From NCBI GenBank assembly GCA_028534125.1, contig CM052816.1:4466001-4530000 (forward strand): a stretch of DNA of 64,000 nucleotides, in the 5' to 3' direction. Below are positions 12,322 through 24,401 of the stretch, piece after piece (position 1 is the first letter of the stretch; every line of letters begins with the position of its first letter). This DNA is from Lama glama (lineage: Eukaryota). The position numbers and the translations under genes were made by a program. The notes below the pieces were generated by a model. The model worked only from the letters and a program-made list of their open reading frames with translations. It did not search any database and was not told where the DNA came from.

Positions 12322-12532
12322 CAGTGGTTCTCAGCCAGCGGCAATGCTGCCTCATGTGGAGGTATTTGGAAATGTGTGAGGACAGTTTTCCTTGACATGA
12401 TGATGAGAGGCACTGCTGACAGTTAGCGGATGAGGCTAAAGGGTGCTACATGTCCTACAAAGCCTGATCAAGTTGAACAATGAGAACCAGCCCCACCCCA
12501 AAGGCCAGTCATGCCCCTGTTGAGAAATACTG
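12322..12532. mobile_element. MER20/MER20B hAT element
   Basis: Terminal inverted repeats cagtggttctcagcc...gttgagaaatactg; internal tttggaaatgtgtgagg. Confidence 0.82.
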
Positions 12533-12574
12533 GTTTGTTTGTTAGCCATGGCTCCCATCTGAAATGTAAGCCCC

Positions 12575-13011
12575 TGTACTAGTCTCCTATTGCTGCTATA
12601 ACAGATTACACTGACTGAGCAGCTTAAAACAACATACATTTATTCTTTTACAGTTCTACACGTCAGCAATCTAAAATCGAGGCTGCATTCCTTCTGGAAA
12701 CTTCAAAGAAGCATCCCTTTCCTTGTCTTTTTCAGTTTCTAGAAGCCGCCTGCATTCCTTGAACTCTTGGCCCCTTCCTTGCATCATTTCACTCCTTTGC
12801 TTCCATTGTCATGTCTCCCACTGATTCTTATCTCTTCTTATAAAGCCCTCGTGTGTTACATTAAGTCCACTAGATAATGTAGGAAAATCTGCTCTGCCCA
12901 AGATCCTTAACTTAATCACACCTGCAAAGTCCCTTCTGCTGTATAAGGTAACATTCACAGATTCTAGGGATGATGACACGTCTTTAGGGGCCCGTTACTC
13001 ATCCTGCCACA
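12575..13011 (-). mobile_element. MaLR solo LTR (MLT1C/D-like)
   Basis: tgtactagtctcctattgctgctataacagattac...taaggtaacattcacagattctaggga...cctgccaca. Confidence 0.88.
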
Positions 13012-14987
13012 CTTCCAAATGAGCAAGGATCTTGTCTGCCTTGGTCCACGGTATAGACCCAGAACCTAACACAGACCCTGGCACAAGGCAGGTATGTCCT
13101 CTGAAAATACCTGACCTGGGAGAAGGAGTATTAAGTGTGTTGCTTATCACAGCCTGGGGAACATGTCTGCGGGCAGGCTCTCATGCGAATACTGCCACAT
13201 AAAACAAAGCTGCAGTTTAGAACAATGTCATCGCCCCTCATGGAATATGGATTTATTCATATTGAAAATTCCTTTACAAGCCAAGTTCTTATTCAAAATC
13301 AGTATTGTGACTTTGTCAGCATCTGCCCCAACCCTGAACTTTCAGAGTCAATCTTCCCACGAGATACCCTCAGCCATAAATCTTTCCGCTAGCTGTTTTC
13401 ACAAGGAATTGGATTTAAATGAGGAAAGGGAGTTAATCCTAAGTGCTCACATTTATGGCTAAAGAACATCTCATCTCAAAATACTGTAAGTAATATCAGT
13501 TCTTGAGGCAGTTGATGTGATACCGGTTTCCCCTCGGAGATTGTGTCTGGAGGAATGTAACAATATAATGCAGATTATTCAGAAAGGCTAGCGTGAAACC
13601 CAAACTGCAAATCAAAATATTTGCAAGTTTTGTCCTTTGGTAAATTCTTCTTGGCTCAAACCACGAACAGTATGACATGCCATAAATTTCCTAAGGCCGG
13701 GCTGACTCACAAAATTTACAAACCCACCTTTTATATTTGCCGGGACTTGATGCCTGCCTTGATGTCCTTTGCGCTCAAAGGGGTTGAGGTCTCCGCTGTA
13801 CGAAGACCACAGACTAAGAGAGGAAGAGTAAGGAGACCATGGAGGCAGTGCCAGGATTAGAAATCAGATCTCCTGGCTTTCCAGCCCAGGCCTCTTCTTT
13901 TTCACTTCAACACAGACCATCTGCTCCTTCCAGAATAGGATTCTCTGAGCCTAAGGGAAAGTCAGAGAAAGACTCTTTGCTGGTAGGAAATTTGCAAAAC
14001 TCAACTGGAGAACTCAATTAAAGGGGGAAATTTCTGTCTCAGGATTCCGAGACCCAACATAGCCAGGGGTCCGAGAACCCATCTGTATCATTCTAATCCA
14101 AATCAGCTGGGGTTGCCTTAGCAGCTAGTGAAATGAACACGGAGGTGGGAGGAGGAGCATGATGTGGGAAGAGAGATGGGGAAACTTGAAGTGAATCACT
14201 GCCTTCATCAACGACCACGTGCATCAAAGGGAAAGCCTCATGTACAGAACAGATTACATTTGCTGCTAACTTTAGACAGGGCTTCTGACAAGCTGAGGAA
14301 GGGATTATTCTTTTTTATGGAAATTCAATCTAGTTTGATGCTGGGAAGCATGGATCTGTCTAAAACAGTGACAGGCGCGGCAATGCATCAGGCATCTGCT
14401 CAGGCAACCGCAGTGGAGCCACGAGCCCACCATTTCCACGGCAGCCCCTGGTGCTCGGTGCTCTTGCTGTCACCATGGGAGCAGGGGGAATTCCTTAATA
14501 CTTTTACAGATACTTCAGGGTAGGGGCTGGGAAACAGCCTCTTCAAATTGTGAATTGTAGATCCTTCACGGTGAATTCACACCAGCATACTCAGCCAATG
14601 GACTGTGTGCTCTGTGCATAGAGCCTGGGGGAGGGGAGGATTCTCTCATACCTGTGGCCTAGGGGATGCAGTCCTTTACTCTTTTGCAGGTCCAGGGACC
14701 CAGAGGAGAAAGCATGTCCAAGAGTCAGAGTGCCTGGCTTTGTGTTTTCACTATAACATCCCTGTGGCTCTTAACCTTGGAAAAGACATGTCCTCTCTCC
14801 AGAATGCACGTCCTTGCCTGTCAAGTGAGAGATGTGGTGGGCTGTGGGCACTACCACTGCTTTGTCTTCCCAGAATGCCCTCTTGTCCCTTTAGTTTTGG
14901 TAACGCTCTCCCCTCTGGAGGAGGGCGGGGGCGGGGGTGGGCACTCCATCCCTGCCCCATGAGACCTAATGGTCCTCTCTACACGTA

Positions 14988-15330
14988 CAGTAAGGCCCTC
15001 TCTATCCATGGGTCCAGCATCTGGGGACTCAACCAACAACAGATAAAAAATATTTGGAAAAAAATTCCAGAGTTTCAAAAAGCAAAATTTGAATTTACAC
15101 ATAGGTAACTATTTACAGAGCATTTATATTGTATGTACAACTAATTACATAGCATTTACATTGAATGAGGTATTATAAGTAATCTAGAGGTGATTTAAAG
15201 TATATGGGAGGACATGCATAGGTTATATGCAGATACCATGTCATTTTACATAAGGAACTTAAGCATCCACAGATTTTGGTATCCTTGGGGGTCCTAGAAC
15301 CAATCCCCCACAGATACAGAAGGACAACTA
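14988..15330. mobile_element. MER2 (Tigger family) MITE with TA target duplication
   Basis: ta|cagtaaggccctctctatccatggg...ccccacagatacagaaggacaacta|ta; internal taagtaatctagaggtgatttaaagtat. Confidence 0.9.
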
Positions 15331-15429
15331 TACACCCCTGGCCTGACATGCAAGTGAGGCAAAGACTGGATCACTCATGGTGCCCCCCAGGCCCCAGCCA
15401 GTGAGGAACTCAAGAAACATGACACCCAC

Positions 15430-15625
15430 TGAGACTGCCTGGTTTCTAAATCTAGCTCTGCTGCTTGCTAGCTGTGTGAATTCTGACAGCTTAAATAACT
15501 TCTCTAAGCCTCAGTTTCTAAGTAGAGGTAATAATAGTGGCTTCTTCATAGAATTGTGTAACTTCACACAAGAATGATTGCAAAGCTAGGAGCATAAAGC
15601 AACAAATGCTAGTTGTGTTACTTTG
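15430..15625 (+). mobile_element. MIR SINE
   Basis: gactgcctggtttctaaatctagctctgctgcttgctagctgtgtg...cttctctaagcctcagtttct. Confidence 0.8.
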
Positions 15626-15699
15626 TGTTATTATTTCCTGGTTTCTTACACAGATGTTGAAAAAGAATCTTTCTATCTCTGGAGTTACAGTATTGGTGA

Positions 15700-15955
15700 T
15701 GGGAAGCATGTGGTACCAAGATATCTTGCCTGGCAGCATGGAAAAAGCTATCTGCAATAGGAGAGAACAAAAATAGACAAAAGCACAGCTGAATGACGAT
15801 AACAGAAACAGAGTCCTAGTAACTCTGTTTTAACAGCTTGATCCATCCAGACCTGGATCTCAGCTTCTGGAAACACTAGTTACATTGACTGATAAATGTT
15901 CTTTTTGTTCTAAAGTCAGTTTGAATGGGGTTTCTTTCACTTTTAAACTAATACA
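15700..15955 (+). mobile_element. Old MaLR/ERVL LTR 3' part (MLT1J/K-like)
   Basis: agttacattgactgataaatgttctttttgttctaaagtcagtttgaatggggtttctttcactt...actaataca. Confidence 0.55.
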
Positions 15956-16329
15956 AGAAGATTTGATTAAACAATTTCTAAAGATTCTCCCACTTCTGAA
16001 ATTACTTGGCCTCATCATTTTATATAACTTACTCATCATACATTTAGAACTATCTAAAGTATAAAGGGGACTTCTCCTGGCAAAGAAGATAGTATTGAGA
16101 TACCCTCACTGAAAAAAAAAATTGCCCATAGGTGCCTAGAGTAGAGAAAGTTTAGAGGACTGATTTGAATTAGGGAGTTGAAAAAAAAAAAAGCCAATAT
16201 GAAGAAACACATTTAAGCTGAGACCTGATGTTTGAATAGGACTTAACATATTGAAGAATGGGAAGAATTTACCCTCATTCATACTCATGGATGATCAAGG
16301 AATAGAAATAAAGATCGTAAGATGCAATT

Positions 16330-16959
16330 TGATACCACTGTAACAGCACGTAACAAAGACAGTATTGTTGAGCTTGCTGATTTATGCCACTGGAGAGGAT
16401 AGGACTATGGGATGGATCTCTTAGCCACTGCTATGGAGTATAAATTAGTGGAGTCACTTGGGACAGCCATTATAGCATAAAATTAACATTCATGTACCTA
16501 AAACTCAGCACAATCCCTGTCCTAGGACATATACCACAGAGAATCTTGTGGGTAGCCCTAAACACATAACAAAAACTTGGAAACAGCACAAATGCCTATC
16601 AACAGAAGAATGGATAAATTCACTGAGGTATACTCATTCAGTGGAATATTATGTGCTAGTCAAAAAGAGTGCAGTATAGCTATTACAATCAGGTGGGTGA
16701 ATCTGAACAATATTGAATTTTAAAAAGGTAAAAAAAAGAAAGAATAAAAAAGTAAGAAAAAACCATAAAAGATTATATATAGCATACCATTTTAATAAGT
16801 AAAAGAAACTGTAATTAAATAACATACATTTTAAGAATACATAGAGATGGAAGGAAGGAACATGAGAGAGAAAGAGGAAAGATCAATTCAAGATTGTGAT
16901 AGAGGTTCCTTTGGATGGAAAGAAGCAGGAGATCAGAAAAGTGGAGAATCTCATTGGTT
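16330..16959 (+). mobile_element. Ancient L1 (L1ME-like) 3' region
   Basis: aacaaaaacttggaaacagcacaaatgcctatcaacagaagaatggataaatt...cagtggaatattat; continues briefly after the LTR. Confidence 0.78.
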
Positions 16960-17434
16960 TGTAACCGAGCAGGACCCTGTGGGGCCTTCCAGGCTCAGAC
17001 CCTTCTCCCATAGCCTCTGCTTGGCTCCTCTCTGATGTACCCAGATAATAGTACCTCATGCATATTTCCTGAGTTTTTCGGAGGCTAAAAAGCATCACCA
17101 AAGTGAAGAAATTGACTACTTGATCGAAAGCGCATGGCCCACAGACCTCCTGGCACCTAGGGGTTGATAGTGTTGACCACCCTGATTCCTCGACATCAAC
17201 CAATCAGAGAATTGTTCATGAGCTGACCACGTACCCTGTGACACCACCTTCCCTTGCCTGGCCTTTAAATACGCTTTGCTAAAATGCTTCTAGGAGTTCG
17301 GGCTTTCCTTGGGCATGAGCCACCCTGTCCTCCTTGCTCGGCCCTGCAATAAACCTTTCTCTGCTCCAAACTCCGACGTTTCAGTTTGTTTGGCCACATG
17401 GTGCATCGAGCACACGAGCTGGCATTCAGCAATA
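16960..17434 (+). mobile_element. ERV1-class solo LTR with 4-bp TSD
   Basis: ggtt|TGtaaccgagc...cagcaata|ggtt; CCAAT, tttaaa TATA-like box and AATAAA in U3-R-U5 order. Confidence 0.88.
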
Positions 17435-17699
17435 GGTTAATACAAGTTATTGTTGATATTCTAATTTCCAAACTACTACCAATGTAAAGAGTGTTTCATG
17501 ATTAACCTAATTCTGTGCATCTAGGTTTAGGGGGAAAATGTAAGGAAGAACATTAGAGACAGAGTGAAGGGCATTTTTGAAAGCCCTTTGTCCCCTAGTC
17601 CCTTCCTTCTTCCCCCACTGCCCTTGGCTAGAAGCGGGAAGGGGTGTGTGTGTGTGTGTCCGTGCAAGCACATACACACATGCATTTTTTGGTAAGGTG

Positions 17700-18030
17700 T
17701 GGAGAGAAGTCAGAGGAGCAGTGGAAGATCAGAGAAGTCACAGGGACTGTATCATTTAGGGCATTTTAGAACATAAGGACTTACACTTTTATTCTACCTA
17801 TTAAAGGGAGCCACAGAAAGCATTTCAGCAGAAGAGAGATGGGGTCACATTTAGATTGTAAGAGGTCACCGTGGCTGCAGAATGAAGAATGCATTGGGTG
17901 CAGGGATGTAGTAGGAAATAGAAGCAGGGAAGGTGAGAATCTCCTGCCCTTTACCTGCCAAAGAAGATTTTAGGATCAGGAGGGGATGGAGAGGACTGGG
18001 CAAATTTAGGACAATGCCTGGAAACAGAAA
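17700..18030 (-). mobile_element. L2 internal fragment
   Basis: taaggacttacacttttattcta...gggagccacagaaagcatttcagcagaagagagatggggtcacatttag. Confidence 0.75.
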
Positions 18031-20454
18031 CTATATCTTTCTAAGTTTTCCATTTCCCCTTCCATAGAGACAAGACAAAAAGAGAAAAAAAGAAAAGAAA
18101 AACCAAGAGCATTCATCTATGATTCTCTATTCATTGTGTCAAATGACGAACTTACACATTTACCATTAGATCAGGAGCAAATGCATTTCCCCAGAACCCT
18201 TCACAAAAGAGGTGGTCTTTGAAAACGTGGGCCAGCAATTGTGTTACCCAACGTGCTCCACTGTAATTGGGAAATCACTGAAGCAACGTACTCATTAGAA
18301 AAACAAATGCGTGGCCTCCCCACAACTCCTCCCTCCAGTTTACGATGTGGAAAGCCAGACCATAGGAAATGCCAAAGAAAATTATCTAAAAGTGACCAGA
18401 AACTTTGAAGGTCCTCTCCTGAGTAAGAAAGTAAGCCTCATAATCCCTGCTTTTAGCCAAAATGCCTGGAACGCCCATTTTGATTTGCTATTCAGGTTTT
18501 TGTGACAATTAAATCAGACCTTGATGAATTTGGAGGGAAAAACACCCAGCACAGTGATTATGGGTACTAATTAGGAAGCAAAATAGTGGCTTTGATGAAT
18601 CTGTGCTTGGTTTGTCCCTTAATTAATTGACTGGCTGCTATTATACTTGGTGGTTGATTGGTTGAAATATTCCATTAAAATTGGATACAGTTGGGGTCCT
18701 TTATTCAGAAGAGCCTTCTGAGGATGAGGAGTGCGTGGGAAATGGGCGCATCAAAGGCATGCATGTATTTGTTTTGTTGTTGTTGCTGGATGCAGAGGGA
18801 ATTCTTTGAGCAAGGTTCTGAGCATCTGTCTTCATCCAAGTACAAGATAACCTCTGTAACTTTGGGGACATTTGCTTTAGAGACAGCGAATAACTTGCTT
18901 GCTTTTGCAAATGAAAAGGGGGCAATGGTAGACCTTGTGGCCTGTTTTAAACACATACTGTGCTCAAATGTCCATACATGAGCGTGGCATTGTTGTGTGA
19001 ACTGTCATGAGCTAGACTGGCACATCTCCCTGCCTCCTGTGCCCAGGGAAATGGCTCTGGTTGTCCATTTGAAACATTAACAGGAAAATGTCTCAGAAAA
19101 AAAAGAAAATGTGGGGATGCATTTTTCCACTCACATCCCTCTAAGTTTTTGGTAACTTGAACTCCTTTCCTCCTACAAAAGCTTGTGACATTGATCAAGA
19201 TAACAGATGGCAGCAGCCAAGCTCAGATTTTTTTCCCCTGCTGCTCAAGAACCACGCCATCCTTCCTCAGTACTGGAGAAGCAACTGTAAAACACATTTA
19301 GATGGATCAAAGTGTAATTTCCCAGGGACCACTCTGAACAAACTGTAAATCTGGCTCAAACCAAGAGACCGCTGGAGTCACTCATGTCTGGGACCCTACA
19401 TCAGTGTGTCAGTTCATCATCAGAGCAAGCCTCTGAATTCTATTTTGACACCTGCATCCCATGCCCAAATGTGAGATCGACTCGTGACTCCACAAAAAGT
19501 GGTTAAGAAAAAAGGAGAGATGGATGGCCCCCAGCCAAGCTGTTGCCCCTTCCTGCTGATGCAGAGGAATTTCTGCTACAATAATCGCAATTGGACTTAA
19601 GAGCAATTAGGCGTGTTTGTGTTCAAGCGATGATGGATGATTCTTCTTACTTTTGTTTTTCAACAAACCCACACTGATGCAGGGCAGGGTGGGTGGTGTG
19701 GATAGAAACCTAGACAGTCACGGACCAAATCTTTGATTTCTTAGGTTCTATAAATGGAATATTATGCAAAGTCTCTAATTGCTTTGACTTTCAAAATAGG
19801 AAAGAATTATAGTGGCTTATTCAAAGGCAAATTGCAGGAACCTGCAGAGAAGCTGTCTGTCAAGCCCAGAAGTGTCCTACTCTCGCATCCGAGATCCCAT
19901 AGCTTATTGACAGGTAACAGGCTTGTAAGAATGAAGGACACCCCTGTCTGCTCAAGGCCACAGCGGCTCCCTATGAGAGTATCTGTCCTAAGGCAAATTT
20001 GTGGAGTCGCACTTGGAAGTAAAGACAAAAAGAACAGTCTTTTGGAAGGGCCTGCTTATTGTCATCGCCCCGCCTTGTGGGGCCCTGAAGCATGACTTTC
20101 CTGCACCGTGTCCTGCCTGCTCTGCTCCTCCAGGCTCCTAGTTTGAATCAGCACAGTGGACAGTGTCACTATGACCCTGGCAAGTGAGGAGAAAAAGTAG
20201 TGAACATTCCTGATGCACCAATTTGCTCTAAAACCATAGACATCTGAGTTTTTGGGTGTTGTCAAGACCCCATCTCTGTCTGAAGAACCAGCTCTACCAT
20301 TTTAAACAGCTCAGATGTCATTTTCTCAGACAGGTACAATCTTCCTGCCCTTTGAAGATTCATACCTCATTCCTTTGTACAATCATATGACAGTAAGTTT
20401 TACTCCCTGTTACAGCCCTTTCATTCTTCCCTTATTCTCCTCTACAAGAATATA

Positions 20455-20638
20455 ATACACACTACTGTATATAAAACAGATAAATAACAAGGTCCTACTG
20501 TACAGCACAGGGAACTATACTCAGGACTTTGTAATAGCCCATAATGAAAAAGAATATATATATATAACTGAATCAGTATGCTGTACACCAGAAACTAACA
20601 GAACATTGTAAATCAACTGTACTTCAATTAAAAAAAAA
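20455..20638 (+). mobile_element. Lineage-specific (cetartiodactyl-type) L1 3' tail, 5'-truncated
   Basis: aacaaggtcctactgtacagcacagggaactata...tgctgtacaccagaaactaac...acttcaattaaaaaaaaa. Confidence 0.9.
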
Positions 20639-20709
20639 GAACACCCAAAGGGCAGCAACCATCTATCAGTAATCTACAGGTCTGAATCAGCTTTTACGCA
20701 TCTGATGGG

Positions 20710-20940
20710 AAATTAATAGAAGGACTAGAGACTTAGCTCCAGGCTCCCTGACGTACTGTGAGCTCTCTGGCCTGGGACAAGACACGTATCTTCCCAGGGC
20801 CTCGGTCTCCTTGGCTGTAGGATGGAAAGAACAGCCAGTATTATAGGGCTTGTGGCAGTATTCAACAAAAGGATGCACAAATTATTTAGCAGAGTTCCTG
20901 GCATAAGATGAGGGCTCAAAAAGTAGGAGTTATTAAGATT
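20710..20940 (+). mobile_element. MIR SINE
   Basis: gcctcggtctccttggctgtaggatgg...ttagcagagttcctggcataagatgagggctcaaaaag. Confidence 0.7.
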
Positions 20941-22328
20941 CCTATTTAATTCAGCCCAAATCCTCCCTGTCTGTCTCCTTCTCTGGGAGGTCCTTGCAGT
21001 CAGAAGTAAGATTTATTCCCAACTGCACCCGCAGTACGGAGCACTGAGCCTGGTGCCTGGTAGGTGCTCAGTGTCTCCAGAAAAAGTGTCTATTTCACAT
21101 GTATGGCTTGCAGCCTTACAGCCTTCCAAGGAGTGTATGGCTGGAGGGGCTTTTTGACTCCTTTGCTAACAGCAGAAAGAGAAAGCTAACTGGGTAGCAT
21201 CTGCAGGCAGGCCTCCTTTGCCAGGACCAGAGAATACTTCCCCTTCCTTCAACAGCATGAGGTTACCATTTCAGTTTTCTCCTTCCTGCACCTCCCTTAC
21301 CCCCTTTTGTTCTTAAGAAAACAGAGTAGAAGTGAAGTGGGAGAAAAAAAACAAGTATTATATTGAAATGCTCATCTCATTTCATTAAATGAATTGTGGA
21401 GACTGAAATACTGATCGGCCTCCTCAAAGAATAATTTCTTCACATACCTTGAGCTCAATACTCCCTTTTGGACAACTTTTCATCTTTCTTACAAAAAAAA
21501 AAAGCAATACATTATGTGCAAGTGTCTCAGTTAAGCCTGGCTTTTAGAGCATCCAAGCTTAAGGGGATGTACTCAGCAGTGAGGGTGAAGCCCCGAAATC
21601 TCTTCTTAAAAACAGCTCTGACCTGCCTTCTCTGGCCAGCTCACATTGCCTGAAGCAGCTCCCCGAAGCTGAACAGTGCCTATTTCTAGAAACAGCAAAT
21701 AAACACACTGTTTCAGGTCAAGTCCATTACAAAGTTGGTCAGGGTGCCTGTAAGCTTCTCTCAGAAGCTTTGGACCCAAAGCTTCCATAGTTACTGGGAG
21801 CAAACCTCTAACTAAAAGAGCATTCATTTAAATTCTCCAGGGAAGACGGGCACTGACCCAAGTCACATCCTTTATAATGAGCTTGGGGTTGAGTTCCTGA
21901 AGATGTTCAAGGCCAGGTCTGTTCTTGTTGTGCCTGTGGGTTTGTACTTGAACTTCGGTTAAGTCAGATTCAAAGTTATTTTTAATTACAAGTTTTAAAA
22001 GACCCTTTAACCTAGAATGAAAGGGTTGAAGAGCATACAAGAGACTAGTTACTCCCAGGAGAGAGGAAAGCCAGGGAGAGAATTTAACAAAGCAGGTGTT
22101 TCCACAAGAACTGGAAAAGACTAGGACAGATGGGAGGGAGGCTGCTGTATCTCTGAAGGCACAGAATTTTATGCCTGAATAGCAAGGTGTCTAGAATACG
22201 TTGGGAGAGAAGAGGAGAAGGGAGAGGTAGGAGGAACTACTAAGACAACATAAATAATTAACTGTATTCAGGAAGGCTCTAGACCTCTGACACCAGAGAA
22301 GATAATAAGAACGCAAGCCATTCTGGGT

Positions 22329-22800
22329 GTGTGTCAGACAGGGTTCTGAGTTGCCAGCAACAGAAACCAGCTCTGACAGATTTACAAAGAAAACTATTCA
22401 TTAGAAGGATGTTTGGTAGTTCCTGAGTCACCAGCGGGGGCTGGACAAGAGACTCGGCAGCTGTTTGGTCAGAAACAGCACCCAGATTCACATAGCAGGT
22501 CTATTAATTCCCCACTTGCTGCTAAGCCCGGCAGGCCCTAGAAGCTCCAGCTTGCACCACCACATCCCCTGCACCGCAGAGTAAGTCCACTGCTAGCAAC
22601 TGCTCTCCCTGAGAACAAAATCTTGCTGCAACCACCCCCACTGCTGGAGAGAAGTCTCGAGGCTCTCTTCCCGGGCCACTAGCTCCTATTGGAAGTCTGT
22701 GTGCGTGTGTTAGAGTTCGGCTCATGTGCCTATGCCTCTGCTGTGGGTGGCAAATTGACTTCCTGGCATCTTCACCTTCTTCAGTGAGAGATGAGGCCCC
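22329..22800 (-). mobile_element. Old MaLR LTR (MLT1J/K-like)
   Basis: tgtgtcagacagggttctgagttgccagcaacagaaaccagctctgacagatttacaaagaaaa (reverse MLT1 3' end). Confidence 0.65.
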
Positions 22801-23294
22801 TGTTTGGCAAATTCATCAAATATTGGGAAAGATTTCAGACAGGAAACCAAAAAGCAAAATGAAACAAAACAAAACAAAAAAACCAAAATAACCAAAATCT
22901 ACTACATAATAGAAACTTTGAGTTACTAAAAAAAAAAAAAGAACTGCATAACACGGTTCTGAGAAATAAGAACGGGGTGCTGTATCAGCAGGGCATGGCA
23001 GTTATGAGCACAGGTTCTGGAGACAGACACCTAGGCTCAGTCCTGGCCTCATTACTTCTTACCTATGTGATCTTAGGCAAGACATTTTTACTTCTTCTTC
23101 AAGCCTTAGTTTCCCTATCTGCAAAATGGGGCTAACAACAATTTGTCACTATTGATGCCATAGCATCTGTCATTTTTGCCTGCCTAGAACCTCTTTCCCA
23201 CCCTTTTGTGCTAATGGTGCCCCTCTTTCCCATGGAGAACTTTGTCAGCAGAAATCCAGTGGTCTAACTCCACTCACTGTCATTCACATAAGTA

Positions 23295-24401
23295 TCTGCC
23301 CTGATCTGTTTCCACTCAAAACACTTATGACACCAAAAGTGTAGCTTTTCCAAATCAAGCAGTTCTCTAGTTCTCTGCAGATAGCAACTGAGTGTCCTAT
23401 AATTTAATTCAATTCTGACACTAACTAGAAAGTGTTAGCACAGGCCCAAGTTAAGGGCTCAGTCTCATAAGAATGTCGCCCACTTGAGACACCAATGTCA
23501 AGAAGTGGGTTCCCAGGTTACTCACACTTCTGTCTGCTTTGGCTATAAACTGGGAGTTCTCATGACTCCCCCTCCTCCAGGTTGATAATTTGCTATAATT
23601 ATGGGTCACAGAACTCAGGGAAATACTTTACATAACCTGTGTATTATAAGAATAGTATAAAGGATACAAATGAACAGCCAGATGAAGAGGTACACAGAAT
23701 GAGGTCCAGAAGGCTCCTGAGGTCAGGCACTTCTGTCCCCGTGGAGTTTGGGGTGTGGCACCCTCCTGGCACATGGATGCGTTCACCAACCTAGAAGCTC
23801 CCTGAACTCTTTTGTCTAGGGTTTTTATGAAGGTTCCATTATGCAGGCATGATTAATTAAGTCACTGGTGATTGACCATTGGTGATTAGCTCAATCCCCA
23901 GCCTCTCTCTTGTCCCTGGACGTTGGAGATGGGTTGAAAGTTCAAACCTTCTAATTATCTGGGTGCCTCAGGCAACCACCCCTCATCCTGAAGCTATCTA
24001 GGGGCTTTCAGCCACTAGTCATCTCAATGACATAAGCTCAGGTTTGGTTGAAAGGGGCTCATTATAAAGAATGAAGGGCACTCCTCTCACACCTGTCACT
24101 CAGGAAATGCCAAGGGTTTTAGGTCTGTGCCAGGAACTAGGGGTGAATGCCAAATATACATTTCTTTTTTTTCCAATAATTTTCAGTCTGTTTCTTTCTT
24201 TTCTTTAAAATTGATGTTCAGTTGATTTACAATGTTGTATTAGTTTCTGGTGTAGAGCATACTGATTCAGTTATACACATATATTCCTTTTCATACTCTT
24301 TTTCATTATAGATTATTACAAACTATTGAATACAGTTCCCGATGCTATACAGTAGGGCCTGGTTGTTTACCATGTATTTCTTATTACATCATAATATCAC
24401 A
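23295..24401 (-). mobile_element. MER21-family LTR
   Basis: ttcaattctgacactaact, aaaggatacaaatgaacagccagatgaagaggtacacag, end atttcttattacatcataatatcaca. Confidence 0.85.
24165..24371 (-). mobile_element. Lineage-specific L1 3' tail inserted in MER21
   Basis: cagttgatttacaatgttgtattagtttctggtgtagagcat...ttgaatacagttcccgatgctatacagtaggg; atttctt repeated on both sides. Confidence 0.88.

Larger units (their letters stand above)
12056..13110 (+). mobile_element. L2 3' region interrupted by MER20B and MLT1
   Basis: ttcctgcctcaggaccttt...tcagatctcacctcctcagagg; resumes tgaaatgtaagcccc and gagcaaggatcttgtctgccttggtccac...cctggcacaag. Confidence 0.7.

Noticed and set aside
14605..15108. 167-aa ORF, the longest without Ns
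   Set aside because: Non-ATG start, no recognisable domain, and it runs into a MER2 transposon
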